Shown in pieces: positions 30,845 through 32,000 of a DNA stretch of 32,000 nucleotides. How positions within the stretch are numbered: position 1 is the stretch's first letter; every line of letters begins with the position of its first letter. The notes under the pieces were generated by a model. That model was not told the origin of the DNA and did no database searches. It worked only from the letters and a program-made list of their open reading frames with translations. Source of the stretch: Candidatus Atelocyanobacterium thalassa isolate ALOHA (lineage in GTDB: Bacteria; Cyanobacteriota; Cyanobacteriia; Cyanobacteriales; Microcystaceae); NCBI RefSeq assembly GCF_000025125.1, contig NC_013771.1, positions 750,001 through 782,000 on the forward strand. The letters run 5' to 3'. A program made the position numbers and the translations under genes.

Positions 30845-31396
30845 ATGACAATTGAGCAACAAAAACCAGATGATTCTTTATTAGATATTCATTATTTAGG
30901 AGATAAAGATTTACGTAAGTCTGCAAAGCGAGTTTCTAAAATTGATGATTCTATTCGTGAATTAGCTAGAGATATGTTACAAACTATGTATAGTTCAAAT
31001 GGTATTGGTTTAGCCTCTACTCAAGTTGGTATTCATAAACAATTAATTGTTATTGATTGCGAACCTGAACTATCTACTAATGCTCCTTTGATTTTGATAA
31101 ACCCTAAAATTAACTATTATTCTCAAGAGTTATGTGTTATGGAGGAGGGCTGTTTGAGTATTCCAGGAGTATATTTTGATGTAATTCGTCCCGAAATGAT
31201 TCAAGTTTCATTTAAAAACGAAAATGGAAGGCCTTGTCAAATAAGTGCTACTGATTTATTAGCAAGAGTGATTCAACACGAAATTGATCACCTTAATGGT
31301 GTTATGTTTGTTGATAGAGTTACCAATGACTTAGATTTAACCACTAAGCTTCAAGAAAAAGGATTTACTAGAGAATCTGTAAAGTCTTTAAAGTAA
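30845..31396 (+). CDS. def: Peptide deformylase
   Basis: The three PDF motifs: GIGLASTQVG, EGCLSIPG, QHEIDHLNG. Confidence 0.95.
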   Translation: MTIEQQKPDDSLLDIHYLGDKDLRKSAKRVSKIDDSIRELARDMLQTMYSSNGIGLASTQVGIHKQLIVIDCEPELSTNAPLILINPKINYYSQELCVMEEGCLSIPGVYFDVIRPEMIQVSFKNENGRPCQISATDLLARVIQHEIDHLNGVMFVDRVTNDLDLTTKLQEKGFTRESVKSLK

Positions 31397-31738
31397 GATG
31401 ATAAAAAGTCTATTTTTCTCATTAAAAAAATTATTCATAACTTACCAAAATACTTGATAAATGTATTTAGAATGTTTAGTTTTGGAAAAACTGCTAATTA
31501 ATACTAAGTGCTAGACTTTTTAAGATTTCGAATAATCAACATATAATAAGATTGATATCAATCTAGAGAAGTACCTATTTCACTATTGATAGTTATTCTG
31601 TAGATGTCTTGTTTAGATTTCTTCTATTTTTTCAACACTTTTATAGGAATTATCTTTTGCGAAGAGAATCATTTTTATCATGATTAATTATCAAATATAA
31701 TAATTAATCACAATAATGAGTAAATCAACAATTAGTAT

Positions 31739-32000
31739 TTAAAAAGAACATAAATATCCCAAGGAATGTTTAACTTTGCTCAAAGTTTCATTAGCAATAG
31801 TTTCGGCTTTATCCTTACCTTCTTTTAATACTGAATCTAAATAATACTTATCAGTAATGATGCTATGATACTTTTCCTGAATTGGTGTTAGCGCTTCAAT
31901 AGTCGTATCAGCTAGCAAAGGCTTGAATTGCCCCCACCCCATATCACGGCATTCTTGTAATACATCTTGCTTTGTTTTTCCAGATAAAAGTGTATATAAG
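31739..32000 (-). CDS. trpS: Tryptophan--tRNA ligase, C-terminal part (5' end lies beyond the window)
   Basis: The frame stays open to the window edge: ...LYTLLSGKTKQDVLQECRDMGWGQFKPLLADTTIEALTPIQEKY. This matches the TrpRS C-terminal anticodon-binding region. The track's Met at 31942 is internal. Confidence 0.85.
   Translation of the reverse strand, partial: LYTLLSGKTKQDVLQECRDMGWGQFKPLLADTTIEALTPIQEKYHSIITDKYYLDSVLKEGKDKAETIANETLSKVKHSLGYLCSF

Noticed and set aside
31681-31710. 10-bp AT-only inverted repeat TGATTAATTA N10 TAATTAATCA, 29 nt downstream of the trpS stop.
   Set aside because: The stem is all A/T, and on the trpS (minus) transcript it is followed by an A-rich rather than U-rich tract. 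It is not a convincing intrinsic terminator.

Overview
AT-rich (roughly 30% G+C by eye, not computed) 32-kb stretch of a cyanobacterial chromosome carrying ordinary housekeeping genes. I support 25 protein-coding genes (trpS is cut by the right edge) and two tRNA-Ser genes. I also support two very strong intrinsic-terminator hairpins and one near-consensus promoter. Recognisable products are: Ycf34, CCA-adding enzyme, RimI, PdhB, SecD, SecF, TsaD, ferrochelatase with a C-terminal CAB/HLIP helix, UbiA-type prenyltransferase, RecG, ThiO, ThiG, IspG, PsaK, an SF1 UvrD-like helicase, enolase, a UbiH-family flavin hydroxylase, a large fused radical-SAM protein, a STAS anti-sigma antagonist, an RDD membrane protein, LspA, BioY, peptide deformylase and TrpS. 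The gene set is unmistakably cyanobacterial (psaK, ycf34, CAB-domain hemH), and PsaK looks most like unicellular Synechocystis/Cyanothece-type sequences. The extreme AT bias, Lys/Asn/Ile-enriched proteins and 380-530 bp AT-only spacers suggest a low-GC, possibly reduced genome such as UCYN-A (Candidatus Atelocyanobacterium thalassa). That identification is inference and needs a database search. I see no transposase, integrase, phage gene, CRISPR array, restriction-modification, toxin-antitoxin or other recognisable accessory or defence module. I do not find a convincing novel multi-gene system. The best leads are modest: a 444-aa orphan ORF; a function-unknown radical-SAM fusion sitting behind an orphan STAS gene; unusually long perfect hairpins; a G/C-richer patch upstream of thiO-thiG; and several oversized spacers that could be gene-loss scars.
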